Assembly (NCBI GenBank): GCA_041500865.1
Contig: JBGQMY010000002.1
Span: 1,982 to 65,981, forward strand
Length of the DNA stretch: 64,000 nucleotides
DNA from: Candidatus Micrarchaeia archaeon
GTDB lineage: Archaea > Micrarchaeota > Micrarchaeia > Anstonellales > J096
Direction of reading: 5' to 3'
The translations under genes were made by a program, and so were the position numbers. Shown in pieces: positions 47,350-57,257 of the stretch. Under the pieces are notes generated by a model, which saw nothing but the letters and a program-made list of their open reading frames with translations, was not told where the DNA came from and made no database searches. Position 1 is the first letter of the stretch. Each line of letters begins with the position of its first letter.

Positions 47350-49626
47350 ATGCTCAAAACGCTAAGGCTTGCCAATTGGACATCCCACAGGAACAGCGCG
47401 ATATCCTTTGGCAAGGGGGCAAACATCTTCGTCGGCGTCATGGGCTCCGGAAAGTCCAGCGCGCTTGAGGCCATGTCCTTCGCGCTGTTTGGCGCCATCC
47501 CAGAGGGCAGCAGGCGCAAGGCCAAGCTGTCCGACCTGATAAGGTTCGGGGAGGACGCCGCCTCGGTTGAGCTTGAGATGGAGATAAACGGCAATGTTTA
47601 CCGCGTAATAAGGAGGATAAACCGCAAGGAAGGCTCGGAGGCGCAGCTTTACCGCGGGGACGTGCTGGTGGCGCAATCGCCGTCCACAGTCAACAGGCAG
47701 CTGGAAGGCCTGCTAGGCATGAACTACGACCTGTTTTCAACCATAATATATTCGGCGCAGAACAGGATTGACGCATTCATCAACCTGCCGCCAAAAGGCA
47801 GGAAGGAGGCCATTGACGAGCTGATAGGGCTGAACGGCATACTCAAGGTTGAGGACAATGCCAACAAAATCCTCAACAGGCTGAGGCTCATTGCAAAGGA
47901 AATAGCGCCGCTAATGCCGACTGAAACGGAAATGGGGAACAGGGAGAGGGAACTGTCGGCGCTAAAAGATTCGATTTCAAAATGGAAAGAGGAGCAGGAT
48001 AGGCTGGAAAAGGGGGCTTCGGAGGCAAAGGCAAGGCTTTCGGAAACGGCAAAGGCGTACGAGGCTGTTTCGCTCAAGAGAAAGGAGCACGAGGGCCTGA
48101 ACGCACGCATAAGCTCGTCAAAAGGCCGTTTGGGCGCGCTTGAATCGTCATACAACCCGTCGCTTGGCGCGGAAAAGGAAAGGGAACTGCTGGCCTCGAT
48201 TGAACTGCTGAAGAAAAGCAATGCTGAATTTGAGGCGCATGAGAAATCACTGCTCAAGGATTCAAACGCCATACGGGAAAGGATTGCAAACGCAAAGGCT
48301 GCGGATGAAAGGCGCAAGAAGGCGCAAGAAGACGTCTCAAGGCTTGACGCCCTGCTGGGTAAGCTGGGCAGCAAGGAAGATGCCTCAAAAGCCATTGCAT
48401 TGGCTGAGAAAGGCATAAGAGAGTCAAACGAGAGGATGGGCATGCTGGGCGCGGCGGCAAGGGACGCAAGGCACGGGCTCATGGAGATAGGGGGTGCGGG
48501 AAGCAAGTGCCCGGTCTGCATGTCAGAGCTTTCAGGCGACGCAAAATCGCGCATAGAAAATGAATGGAAGGCAAAGCTGGCAGAATCGTCAAAACTGATG
48601 AAAGGGGAGGAATCAAGGCTGCTGGGCCTTTCAAAGGGGCTTGAAACGTACAGGGAAAGGCTCAAGAGGATTGACGCCTGCGCCGCAAAGCGCGAGGCCC
48701 TTGTTCCGCAGGCCGAGAACGTTCCGCATGACGCAGGCAAGGATGCCAACGCGCTTGACGTTGCCGAAAAGTCCATGGAGGAAAACCGCAAAAAAATCAG
48801 TGAAAACGTTTCAAGGTTGGCGGCAAGCGAAAGCTCGCTGAACGACGCCAGAAAGAACATCGCGCTGTCAAGGGAGATTGTGGCTACGCGGGCTGCGCTT
48901 TCGGAGCTTGAAAGGCGGATTTCTTCGCTTGGCTATTCCGAGGGCGATTACAGGAAGGCGGAAGACTGCTACAGAACCGCTTCCTCGGCTGCAGAAAGGG
49001 CAGGGGCCGGGCTGGAGAAGGTGAGGGCGGAAATCGCCATAAGCTCAAGGCTGAGAACCGACCTTGAGGCATTGCTGAAAAGGCATGCGTCCGAAAGGGA
49101 AAGATACGCCAGGATAGAGTCTGCACTGTCGGACGTCTCGCTCTTCAAGGAAACGCTCAACCGCATGCAGTTGATCTTAAGGAACAGCATCATCGGGGAC
49201 ATAAACGTCGGGATAAACGAGGTGTGGAGGTACGCGTACCCCTACAACGACTACGGGATGGTGAGGCTCATAGGCGACGGGGACTCGTACAACTTCGAGG
49301 TCTTCGCAAACGGCGAATGGAGGGACATCTCGCTTGTGGCAAGCGGGGGCGAGAAGACCATGTCCGCCATAGCGCTTCGCATAACGCTTGCCATGGTCCT
49401 TGCCCCGCAGCTGAGCTGGATTGTTCTGGACGAGCCGACGCACAACCTTGACGAGAACGGCATAGAGAAGCTTTCGTCCCTGATAAGGGAGAGGCTTCCG
49501 GGCCTCATAGAGCAATTCGTCATTGTCACGCATGACAACAGGCTCATGTCATCCGGGAACGGAAACGTGTTCCAGTTCCTGCGAGAGAAGAGCGGCAACG
49601 ACCCTACGTCAGTGGAAAAAGTCTGA
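47350..49626 (+). CDS. rad50: Rad50/SbcC-like SMC-family ATPase. Short for Rad50 at 758 aa.
   Basis: Walker A GVMGSGKSS, long coiled coil with CPVC zinc-hook at its apex, signature SGGEKT, Walker B ..WIVLDEPT, His-loop VIVTHD. The track start at 47341 is a TTG. The ATG is at 47350. Confidence 0.8.
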   Translation: MLKTLRLANWTSHRNSAISFGKGANIFVGVMGSGKSSALEAMSFALFGAIPEGSRRKAKLSDLIRFGEDAASVELEMEINGNVYRVIRRINRKEGSEAQLYRGDVLVAQSPSTVNRQLEGLLGMNYDLFSTIIYSAQNRIDAFINLPPKGRKEAIDELIGLNGILKVEDNANKILNRLRLIAKEIAPLMPTETEMGNRERELSALKDSISKWKEEQDRLEKGASEAKARLSETAKAYEAVSLKRKEHEGLNARISSSKGRLGALESSYNPSLGAEKERELLASIELLKKSNAEFEAHEKSLLKDSNAIRERIANAKAADERRKKAQEDVSRLDALLGKLGSKEDASKAIALAEKGIRESNERMGMLGAAARDARHGLMEIGGAGSKCPVCMSELSGDAKSRIENEWKAKLAESSKLMKGEESRLLGLSKGLETYRERLKRIDACAAKREALVPQAENVPHDAGKDANALDVAEKSMEENRKKISENVSRLAASESSLNDARKNIALSREIVATRAALSELERRISSLGYSEGDYRKAEDCYRTASSAAERAGAGLEKVRAEIAISSRLRTDLEALLKRHASERERYARIESALSDVSLFKETLNRMQLILRNSIIGDINVGINEVWRYAYPYNDYGMVRLIGDGDSYNFEVFANGEWRDISLVASGGEKTMSAIALRITLAMVLAPQLSWIVLDEPTHNLDENGIEKLSSLIRERLPGLIEQFVIVTHDNRLMSSGNGNVFQFLREKSGNDPTSVEKV

Positions 49627-51996
49627 CAGGCTGGACTGCTTTCCGGCGTTGGCCAATTCCTGCTCGCTTACCTTTAATTCTTTCAGCAGCTTCAAGACCG
49701 ACGGTATGATTTGGTTGTTGACGTAATATTCTGCATCGTAGTTCGTCGCGGTGTCCAGCGGCTCGGCCTTGTCGGAGATGTTCCTGCCGTTTTTTGTCAC
49801 GACGTAACTGATTAGCGTCCCCATGCCGACCTTTATGCCCTTTGCCATCATCTTCTTTGCAGCGCCAAGCTCCGGGCTTATGATTTCATAGTCCCTTATG
49901 TCCTTGTTGAGCTGCGTGTGAATCACAAGCTCTTTCAAAGGCACCTTGTTGCCCCTGAGCCTGGTTATGACGTCCTTGACGTAGTTTACGGCCTTGTCCT
50001 TGTTGCCTTCCCTCAGGATTATGTCCAAAACCGCCCTTTGCGTCTCCCTGGCTATCTTGCTCCAGTCCCGCCTTACCAATTCAAACCCCCTTATCTTGAT
50101 TTTCCCGTTCTTGGAAAGCATGGCGTATTTCTTTTTCGCGCCTGACTCGTTGCCCTTCTTTGTGACGAATACGCCCCGTGCGTAGAAGTCCTCCAATTCC
50201 AGCTTCATGTCCCCGGGAAGCTTCGCGTTCATGTGGTCCAGGAAGTCCAGGACGTCCTTTTCCGTTTTCTTGTTCATGAGGATAAATAAGGAATCCGTGT
50301 CCATGTAAAGCACGTTGAACCCGAGCCTTTCAGCCTCCGCTTCCGCAGCCTTTATGTGCGCCCTCCCCCACGCCGTGACGCTGGATGCGCATTCCCTGGA
50401 ATACCACCTGCTCTTCGGGTATCCCAAATAGCCGTAAAACGAGTTGGCGATTATCTTCAGCGCCTGGACCCTTGCCTTGAGCCTGTCATGCTCCTGCGTG
50501 CCTGGCTTGGCCTTCTTGGCCTCGCCCTTCAGCGAAATCCTGAGATCCAGCACCTCCTTCAAAACTGCCGGCACAAGCCCCAGCTTGCCATTTGCGAACT
50601 TCGTACCTGAAGGGGAGACGTGCACGTTGTCGCCTGTCTCCCTTATCTCGTACGGGTCCACGTTGTACGTCGTTATGATTGAGGGATACAGGCCCCTGAA
50701 GTCCAGCACCGCGATGTTGTCGTATATGCCCGGCTCGGGCAGCTTCACGTATGCGCCCTCAATCGGGTTTGCGAGCCTTTTGTCCACTTCCTGCTCATTG
50801 GGCTTTTTCGGTATCAGTATGCCGTTCTTCCTTGCGTAGAACATCAGCATGTTCTCAACGAACTGGCCGGTCGTCCCCAACGACGCGTCAAAGATGAACG
50901 TCTTTGAAAGCTTTGATATCTCCATCTCCAGCGGCAGCAAGGCCATGCCCAGTTCGTACGTTGACTGCGCGTCCATCAATGAATATTTCACAAGGTCTTC
51001 CGTCTTTTCGGGGTTGTCCCACAGCTCCCAGATGGCTGCCCTGTCCACCATGAGCTTTTCCTTTCCCAAAACTGCCTTGTAGACGTCGTAGAGCGTGAAC
51101 TTCTCCGCGTCAAATACGCCTATCCTCCCGAACATCTTGGCCATCGGGTACAGGTCCAGGTGTATCCTCCCGGTCATGTCGTACCCCTTGACGTTGCCCC
51201 TGCTGATTTTCCTCATTTTCCCCCTTTCGCGGGAAAGGCTTGCGCCCCTGATTTTCAGCGCAGCCGCCCTTTCAAGCAGATAAGGGATGTCGAACACCGA
51301 TGAGTTATAGCCAATGACCATGTCCGGATCCTTCAGCTCGACAGTCTCAAGGAACCTGGATATGAGCGCCTCTTCCGAAGACACTTTTATTACGTTTTCG
51401 CCTTTCCCCTTGGTGGAGATGACCTTGTTCTCCTCCCAGTCTGCATAGCTTACCATGATGATTGGGTCCTTCCTTGAGTCGGGCATTATGCCGGGGTTGT
51501 AAACCTCCATGTCAAAGGCAAGCGACTTCCATTTGGCTTCAGGGTTCTCGTCGACCATCGTTATGCCGTTAAGGCTGTCCCCGTCAGCGTCTATCTCCAC
51601 CATTGAGAACGGGATAAGGTGCAGGTCTATCACCGCCCTTTTTTCGTACGGTATGTCGTACTCATAGCAGGATGCGTTGGAGAGCCTCCTGAAATAGTCC
51701 TTCAGCTTTGGGACGTCGCTCGGCAGGTGGCAATACACTTTCAGCAGCGTCTTTTCGCTTTTCTCGCTGAGCTGGACAGGCTCCACCGTCTTGACCCTGA
51801 TGAGCCTGCTTTCCTCTTCCTCGACCTGCGCGGCCATGATTTCCGTTGGATTGATGTTCTCGACGTAGAAATACGGGTCGTATTTGAATTTTACTGCCGT
51901 GTTTGTCCCGTCGGTCTTCAGGTGCAGGACAACGAAGCTCTGCTCGCCCTCGACCTCATGCCCGACGTCAAACAGCACGCCCTTCTTTATTGCCAT
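49609..51996 (-). CDS. polB: Family B DNA polymerase.
   Basis: Exo I LAFDMEVYN, motif A DFRGLYPSII, motif C LYMDTDSLFI, KKKY-like GAKKKYAML. Confidence 0.9.
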   Translation of the reverse strand: MAIKKGVLFDVGHEVEGEQSFVVLHLKTDGTNTAVKFKYDPYFYVENINPTEIMAAQVEEEESRLIRVKTVEPVQLSEKSEKTLLKVYCHLPSDVPKLKDYFRRLSNASCYEYDIPYEKRAVIDLHLIPFSMVEIDADGDSLNGITMVDENPEAKWKSLAFDMEVYNPGIMPDSRKDPIIMVSYADWEENKVISTKGKGENVIKVSSEEALISRFLETVELKDPDMVIGYNSSVFDIPYLLERAAALKIRGASLSRERGKMRKISRGNVKGYDMTGRIHLDLYPMAKMFGRIGVFDAEKFTLYDVYKAVLGKEKLMVDRAAIWELWDNPEKTEDLVKYSLMDAQSTYELGMALLPLEMEISKLSKTFIFDASLGTTGQFVENMLMFYARKNGILIPKKPNEQEVDKRLANPIEGAYVKLPEPGIYDNIAVLDFRGLYPSIITTYNVDPYEIRETGDNVHVSPSGTKFANGKLGLVPAVLKEVLDLRISLKGEAKKAKPGTQEHDRLKARVQALKIIANSFYGYLGYPKSRWYSRECASSVTAWGRAHIKAAEAEAERLGFNVLYMDTDSLFILMNKKTEKDVLDFLDHMNAKLPGDMKLELEDFYARGVFVTKKGNESGAKKKYAMLSKNGKIKIRGFELVRRDWSKIARETQRAVLDIILREGNKDKAVNYVKDVITRLRGNKVPLKELVIHTQLNKDIRDYEIISPELGAAKKMMAKGIKVGMGTLISYVVTKNGRNISDKAEPLDTATNYDAEYYVNNQIIPSVLKLLKELKVSEQELANAGKQSSLSDFFH

Positions 51997-52071
51997 TGCA
52001 TGGGTATCCCTGGATAGGCTTAAAACGGTTGCGCAACGGCTTTTTTAACCTCTTTTGTCCATAATGGAGGC

Positions 52072-52824
52072 ATGGCGCAAAGGCTCAGAGAGTCTAAGAT
52101 TAAAAAAGCAGCCAAACGGCCAGACCTGGCCAGCAAAAAGCTGCCGACTGAGGAAAGGAAGCCCAGCCAAAAGGAGCAGAATCGGCTTGATGCCAATCTC
52201 TTGATAGCGGCCGCGAATGGCTTGCTAGATGATGCCAGGAGGATGCTGAAGGCTGGGGCGAATATAGAGGCAAGGGACAAGAACGGATGGACCGCGCTTA
52301 TGTATGCTGCACAGCATGGGCACACCAAAACCTGCAAGCTGCTGCTTGAAAAGGGCGCAGGAATCAAAGTGCAGGAGCGGCTTGATGCCCGCCTCCTGAA
52401 AGCGGCAGGGGAAGGCAGGACAGGAAAAGTCGGAAGGCTTCTGAAGAAAGGCGCAAGCATCGAGGCGGGGGACAGCATCGGCTGGACCCCGCTCATGATG
52501 GCCGCGTATGGGAACAACATGGAAACCTGCGCGCTGCTGGTTGAAAAGGGCGCGGACGTCAACGCAAAAAGCAGGGAAAGCTGGAATGCGCTCATGCTGG
52601 CCGCGTGTTGGGGATATACGGAAATCTGCGCCTTCCTGCTGGAAAAGGGCGCAGACGTGAATGCAAGCGACTATGATGGCAAAACCCCGCTAATAGTTGC
52701 AAGGGAAAACGGAAAAACAGAAACAGCCGAACTCCTGAAGATTTATTCGATGGCAAAGATAATGGACAGGGAAACGGCGGTTACGTTCATTTCCAGCTTC
52801 CGCGAGTGCATAGGTGGTGCCTGA
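52072..52824 (+). CDS. Ankyrin-repeat protein with Lys-rich leader MAQRLRESKIKK.. and tail ..FISSFRECIGGA.
   Basis: 5-6 ANK repeats. GGAGG lies 3 nt before the ATG. Confidence 0.85.
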   Translation: MAQRLRESKIKKAAKRPDLASKKLPTEERKPSQKEQNRLDANLLIAAANGLLDDARRMLKAGANIEARDKNGWTALMYAAQHGHTKTCKLLLEKGAGIKVQERLDARLLKAAGEGRTGKVGRLLKKGASIEAGDSIGWTPLMMAAYGNNMETCALLVEKGADVNAKSRESWNALMLAACWGYTEICAFLLEKGADVNASDYDGKTPLIVARENGKTETAELLKIYSMAKIMDRETAVTFISSFRECIGGA

Positions 52825-53487
52825 ATGGCGCAAAAGCTCAGGGAGCCAAAAATCATCCATAAGATAAGGGAATTCTTCCATAAGCCTGAGCCTGACAATT
52901 CGGCAACGCTGCAGGAGCGGCTCAATGCCGACCTTTTGAAGGCTGCCGCAGGAGGCCAGACAAAGGAGGTTGAAACGCTGCTGGAAAAAGGCGCAGAATG
53001 GTGGGCGACGAGCGAAAGCGGCTTTACCGCGCTGATGTTTGCAGCAGGCAGGGGCCACGCAAGGGTCTGCGGGCTCCTGGTTGAACATGGCGCAAGCATT
53101 GACTCAAGGGCATTGAACGGCTCAACCCCGCTGATGCTTGCAGCAGGGAACGGGAAGTCGGAAACCTGCGCCTTGCTCATTGAAAAAGGCGCTGCCGTGA
53201 ACGCAGTCAACGAGGACAGCAGCAACGGCTGGACAGCGCTGCATTGGGCGGCAATCAACGGGCACACCAAGGCATGCGCAGTCCTGGTTGCAAAAGGGGC
53301 CAAGATAATGGGGGAAAATGGCTTGCATGAGATTCCTGAACTTTTGGCTGAGAGGCAGGACAAAAGGGAGACGGCCGCGTTCCTCAGGCCCATCAGGGAG
53401 ATGTGGTACTCGGCCGGCAACCTGGACGGCGCAAACGGCTTTGCCATATCCATATCGTTTTTCGGCAAATGCATCAAGGCGGCATAA
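52825..53487 (+). CDS. Ankyrin-repeat protein with tail variant ..FFGKCIKAA. The ATG overlaps the upstream stop (TGAATG), so the two are likely cotranscribed.
   Basis: ANK repeats. MAQKLREPKI leader. Confidence 0.8.
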   Translation: MAQKLREPKIIHKIREFFHKPEPDNSATLQERLNADLLKAAAGGQTKEVETLLEKGAEWWATSESGFTALMFAAGRGHARVCGLLVEHGASIDSRALNGSTPLMLAAGNGKSETCALLIEKGAAVNAVNEDSSNGWTALHWAAINGHTKACAVLVAKGAKIMGENGLHEIPELLAERQDKRETAAFLRPIREMWYSAGNLDGANGFAISISFFGKCIKAA

Positions 53488-53505
53488 TCCCATCTGATGC
53501 AGAAA

Positions 53506-54144
53506 TCAGTAATATTTCAGGTCAAAATCTCCTAAGCTGTCGAATACCACCTGGATGCGCATATCACAGGCGTCCCTAAGCTCCTTGGAGCTGCCGTCAA
53601 ACGTATGAAGATTTACAATCCTCAGATTGAATCTCTTTATCATGTGCGCCATTGGAACAAAATCGGCATCCCCTGAAAAAAGGATTACTGCTTCGGCTTC
53701 CTTATTCATGGCTTTTTCTATTGCATCTATGGCAATCATAACATCAATGCCTTTCTCTTTTGTATTGTTTACCAAGCCCAATCTTGACAGGAATGCCCTT
53801 AATTTTGACTTGCATGCATCCATCAAACCCACTTCATCTGAGGCAGAGGATATCTTCTCATCCGATATCTCATCATAATACTGCAATTTCCTTATTTTGA
53901 TAGCTAGTTTTGGGCTGGCGCGCCTGAGCCTTTCGTGGAAACGCTGCTGTTTGGAATAGCCTTCCGGGTCTTTGCGGGAGTTCTTTACCGCGTCATAAAA
54001 TATGATCTCTTTTATTTTGAACTTTGAGCTGAGCTTTTCAAAAAGCTCTGAGTATTCTTCTCCATCAAAAGGCAGCACACCCATGTTTTTCAGGGAATGG
54101 TATGCATTTGAGCCGTCTATCAAAAGAATTGCGGACAAGACCAT
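53506..54144 (-). CDS. NYN/LabA-like (PIN-fold) domain protein.
   Basis: LLIDGSNAYH, KGIDVMIAIDAIE, FSGDADF motifs. The internal ATG (MVLSAILLIDG) is preferred over the track start at 54198. Confidence 0.6.
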   Translation of the reverse strand: MVLSAILLIDGSNAYHSLKNMGVLPFDGEEYSELFEKLSSKFKIKEIIFYDAVKNSRKDPEGYSKQQRFHERLRRASPKLAIKIRKLQYYDEISDEKISSASDEVGLMDACKSKLRAFLSRLGLVNNTKEKGIDVMIAIDAIEKAMNKEAEAVILFSGDADFVPMAHMIKRFNLRIVNLHTFDGSSKELRDACDMRIQVVFDSLGDFDLKYY

Positions 54145-54240
54145 AGAATCACTTAAGCCCACGTTTGCAGCATTTCTACTGCAACCGTGGGGACTCAATC
54201 TTAAGTATTATTTATGTCCAAACATTTAAAAACAAGCAAG

Positions 54241-54648
54241 TTATTTCGCTTTCCTGAACTTGAAGCCGTAGTTTATGACGCCGTCAGGGTCGTACTGCTG
54301 TATCTTGCGGAAAACCATCTCGACCTTGTCGCCCATCTTTATCCTGTCTTCCGTGATGTCGACGATTTGGCCAAGGACCTTCGCGCCTTCTTCCAATTCT
54401 ATTATCGCGATGATGTAGGGCGTTGCGGTCTCAAATCCGACCGGCCCCGAATAAACGGTTGAATAGCTGTATATCTTTCCCTTTCCGGAAAACGTGTAAG
54501 GCGTTATCTTTCCTTTTCTTCTGCAGTGCGGGCAGACTTTCCTTGGCGGAAAATAATAGTTTTTGCAGTTGCTGCACATCGTGCCTTCCATCCTGTAGCG
54601 CTCGGGTATCCTTCTCCAGTTGATAGGTATGCTTTCCCTCATGGACAT
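54241..54648 (-). CDS. DUF35-family Zn-ribbon/OB-fold protein.
   Basis: CSNCKNYYFPPRKVCPHC rubredoxin-like ribbon followed by an OB-fold segment. No thiolase or HMG-CoA synthase partner gene in the window. Confidence 0.6.
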   Translation of the reverse strand: MSMRESIPINWRRIPERYRMEGTMCSNCKNYYFPPRKVCPHCRRKGKITPYTFSGKGKIYSYSTVYSGPVGFETATPYIIAIIELEEGAKVLGQIVDITEDRIKMGDKVEMVFRKIQQYDPDGVINYGFKFRKAK

Positions 54649-54652
54649 TCAC

Positions 54653-55861
54653 CTAGAAAACCGCGTAAACCTTGCCCCTCTTGTCAACCGTCAAAACAGT
54701 CTCTCCGGAAAACTTGAACGTCTTTGACTTCGCCTTTTCAAGCCTTATGCTCATGCCTTCCTTAATCAGCGCGCCCCTGTTCTCGAAAAGGTAGATTATG
54801 CCCTCCTTGCCTTCGGGGTCGGCCACGGTCAGCCTCGTATAGACTTCCCTTGCGTTCTTGGTCCTGTCATACTGCCGGTGCTCAACTTTCTTGACAAGCA
54901 GATAGTCCGTAGTTATGTTCTTCCACCCGTCCTTTATGTTGCTTATGTCGGTCAGCTTGACTTCCTTGAAGTTCCTCCTTGCGAGCTTGAAAGCCACGTC
55001 GACCTGGTGGTCCAAGAACTTTTTCAGCGTGTCCCTCTGGTGCTCAATCAGATGTTCGTCGTCCGAAATCATCATTGAGTCGTATGCCATCCTTATTATG
55101 GACGGCTCGCCCTCCTCCATGACCTTCTTTTCTTCTTCGGTAAACAGGTTGTCCTTTGTCATGTCCTCGGCTTCCCTGCCTATGAGGTCTGCCGCGTCCG
55201 CTGAAGGCGCCGCGAACCCGGCCTCCGCTATGCCGATGTCCTCCTTTTTCGGCGCTTCCTGCGCAGCCCCCTGTTTTGGCTCCCCTTGTTTTTCCTGGGC
55301 CGGCTTTTCGTGATGGGCCTGCCTCTCCTCCTTTGCTTCCGGCTTTTCCTCATCCTTCTGCACGGAATACAGGTTCATGACATGCGTCAAAAGATTCTGG
55401 AACGTGCTCTTGTCCTTGTGCATGAACGCCAGCTCGAACAGCTTCGGCTTGAGCTGTTCCGCCTTTTCCTTGCCCATTGATTTCTCGAACTCCTTCTGCA
55501 GCGGGTCAAGCATCTTCTCCTTCTGCTCCTTCTCGGCCTCCAGCATGGGCTTGTGCTCCGGCTCCTCCTTCCTTCCGCCCGAGAAGTCCACGCCCCTGAA
55601 CAGCTCCGTCATCGGGAGCATGTCCGGCTTGTTTTGCCTCATCCTTGCCAGCCCTTCGTTGGCCGTCTTCACGACTTCCTTGTTCTTGTCGTTGGAAAGC
55701 TCCAGCATTGCCAGCGTGGCGCCTGGGTCGTTGATTTCAGCCAGCTTCCTTGCCGTCGCAATCCTTACCTTGGGGTTTGAGTCGAATGTCAGCGAAATGA
55801 GGCGCGCAACCTCCTTCTGGTCGTATTCCATGCCATCAGCCAATATTGGGTTTAAGGGCAT
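54653..55861 (-). CDS. Hypothetical protein. N-terminal HEAT-like repeats, acidic/Lys-rich central region and a C-terminal beta-rich domain.
   Basis: PKVRIATARKLAEINDPGATLAMLELSNDKNKEVV repeats. No catalytic motif. Confidence 0.4.
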   Translation of the reverse strand: MPLNPILADGMEYDQKEVARLISLTFDSNPKVRIATARKLAEINDPGATLAMLELSNDKNKEVVKTANEGLARMRQNKPDMLPMTELFRGVDFSGGRKEEPEHKPMLEAEKEQKEKMLDPLQKEFEKSMGKEKAEQLKPKLFELAFMHKDKSTFQNLLTHVMNLYSVQKDEEKPEAKEERQAHHEKPAQEKQGEPKQGAAQEAPKKEDIGIAEAGFAAPSADAADLIGREAEDMTKDNLFTEEEKKVMEEGEPSIIRMAYDSMMISDDEHLIEHQRDTLKKFLDHQVDVAFKLARRNFKEVKLTDISNIKDGWKNITTDYLLVKKVEHRQYDRTKNAREVYTRLTVADPEGKEGIIYLFENRGALIKEGMSIRLEKAKSKTFKFSGETVLTVDKRGKVYAVF

Positions 55862-55947
55862 GGGTTTTTATAGCTAATCCGGTTTTTTGGGGGGTTTTTG
55901 TGTGTTTTATATAGTGTTTAAAAAAGGTTCCGTGCCATAGCCAGACT

Positions 55948-56586
55948 ATGGAGAGCATGCAGAGGCTTGTTCCGCTTAGAAACGAAGTGTCAAACCAGAG
56001 GTATGGCACCTACCTGAGCGCCAGGCAGATGCTCAAGAGCAAGGGCGGGCTTCCGCGCATGGCATTCTGCTCAAAGGGCGTTCTTGACGATTACTGCGAC
56101 AGCGGAGGGGCGCTGCCTTTTTGGCTGAACGAGATTGTTGCGCATGGCTCGCACAGGTGGAGCAAGGGCGCCGAACTGATGGGCGGGCTTGAGGACTACT
56201 CATTCGGCTGGAAGGTGCCCTTTTCCTACCTGAAGGATCCTTCAATAATCTTTGGCGACGCGTTTGCGCCGGGCGCAGTGCTCATAATAGCGCCCAAGAT
56301 GCTTGAGATCGGCAGGAAAAAGGTCATTGTGCATCCGCAAACGATAGCCGTATCCATTGTGGAGTCCGGCAAAAGCCTGATAACCGTCAAGCTGGGCGGA
56401 GTAACCATACGCATCATGGGCAGCATGGTCCCGTGCGTAAGGCCTGCCAGGATGGAGCTGAACGGCTGCGTTTCGCTGCCAAGGACAAGGTTTTCAGGCA
56501 CCCATGTCGCATATATGCAGGGGGCGGACATCTCGCCTGCCTTGGCCATCGGCTCCAATGAAGGGAAGCCCATTGTTATGCCTTAA
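55948..56586 (+). CDS. Hypothetical protein.
   Basis: ORF of 212 aa. No recognisable family. Confidence 0.35.
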   Translation: MESMQRLVPLRNEVSNQRYGTYLSARQMLKSKGGLPRMAFCSKGVLDDYCDSGGALPFWLNEIVAHGSHRWSKGAELMGGLEDYSFGWKVPFSYLKDPSIIFGDAFAPGAVLIIAPKMLEIGRKKVIVHPQTIAVSIVESGKSLITVKLGGVTIRIMGSMVPCVRPARMELNGCVSLPRTRFSGTHVAYMQGADISPALAIGSNEGKPIVMP

Positions 56587-56600
56587 AAGGATTCTGGCTG

Positions 56601-57209
56601 TCACATTAGGGGCGGGATGCCCATCGCGCTGCTGTAAATGAATTCCTTTTGCGGCGGAAATGACTGCATTGCGCTCATCTCGCGCATCTTTTCCGCCAGC
56701 TTGGTTGCGCCGGAAAGCCTGAACTGCTCGTATGCAAGCCCGAACAGCTCGGTCTTCGCGTATGCCAGCCCCAGCATCCTGCGCTCGTGTATTGTCATGC
56801 CGTTTCCTACCGCAAGGTATTCGTCTATCGCCTTGCTGTACCTCTTGGAGGCGTAGAACAGCATTGCGGCGGCATTGTGCATGCCATCCATGCTGAATAC
56901 GTGGCCTATGAATGAGAGCGCTGACGGTTTTGTGAAGCCATACTGCAACAGGGCGTCAACGGCGTTTGTTTCGGAACCCATCATCAGCGAGGCCAATGAT
57001 ATGCCGAGCAGGTCCCCGCTTTTCTTGTATGCCGCAATCGCCTCAACAAGCTTCCTTGACTTCAGCAGCAGGTCGGCAGTGCCAGCAGGGCCGATGAACA
57101 TCTTTGTGTAGGCCTTTTTCGCGATATGGCCGACCATCGGCTCGGTGTTTATTATGAGCTTCCTGATGCCTTCCCTGAAATGGCGCTTTTCCTGTGTTTT
57201 GTTTTGCAT
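56601..57209 (-). CDS. Hypothetical protein, paralog A of a tandem pair (shares an IAKKAY-containing N-region with 57258..57809).
   Basis: ..MVGHIAKKAYTKMF.. versus ..IAECIAKKAYERMY.. Confidence 0.4.
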   Translation of the reverse strand: MQNKTQEKRHFREGIRKLIINTEPMVGHIAKKAYTKMFIGPAGTADLLLKSRKLVEAIAAYKKSGDLLGISLASLMMGSETNAVDALLQYGFTKPSALSFIGHVFSMDGMHNAAAMLFYASKRYSKAIDEYLAVGNGMTIHERRMLGLAYAKTELFGLAYEQFRLSGATKLAEKMREMSAMQSFPPQKEFIYSSAMGIPPLM

Positions 57210-57257
57210 GGTTATGTTTTATGGCAAAAGGAATAAAAAGCTTGTTTTTGGCCTTTG

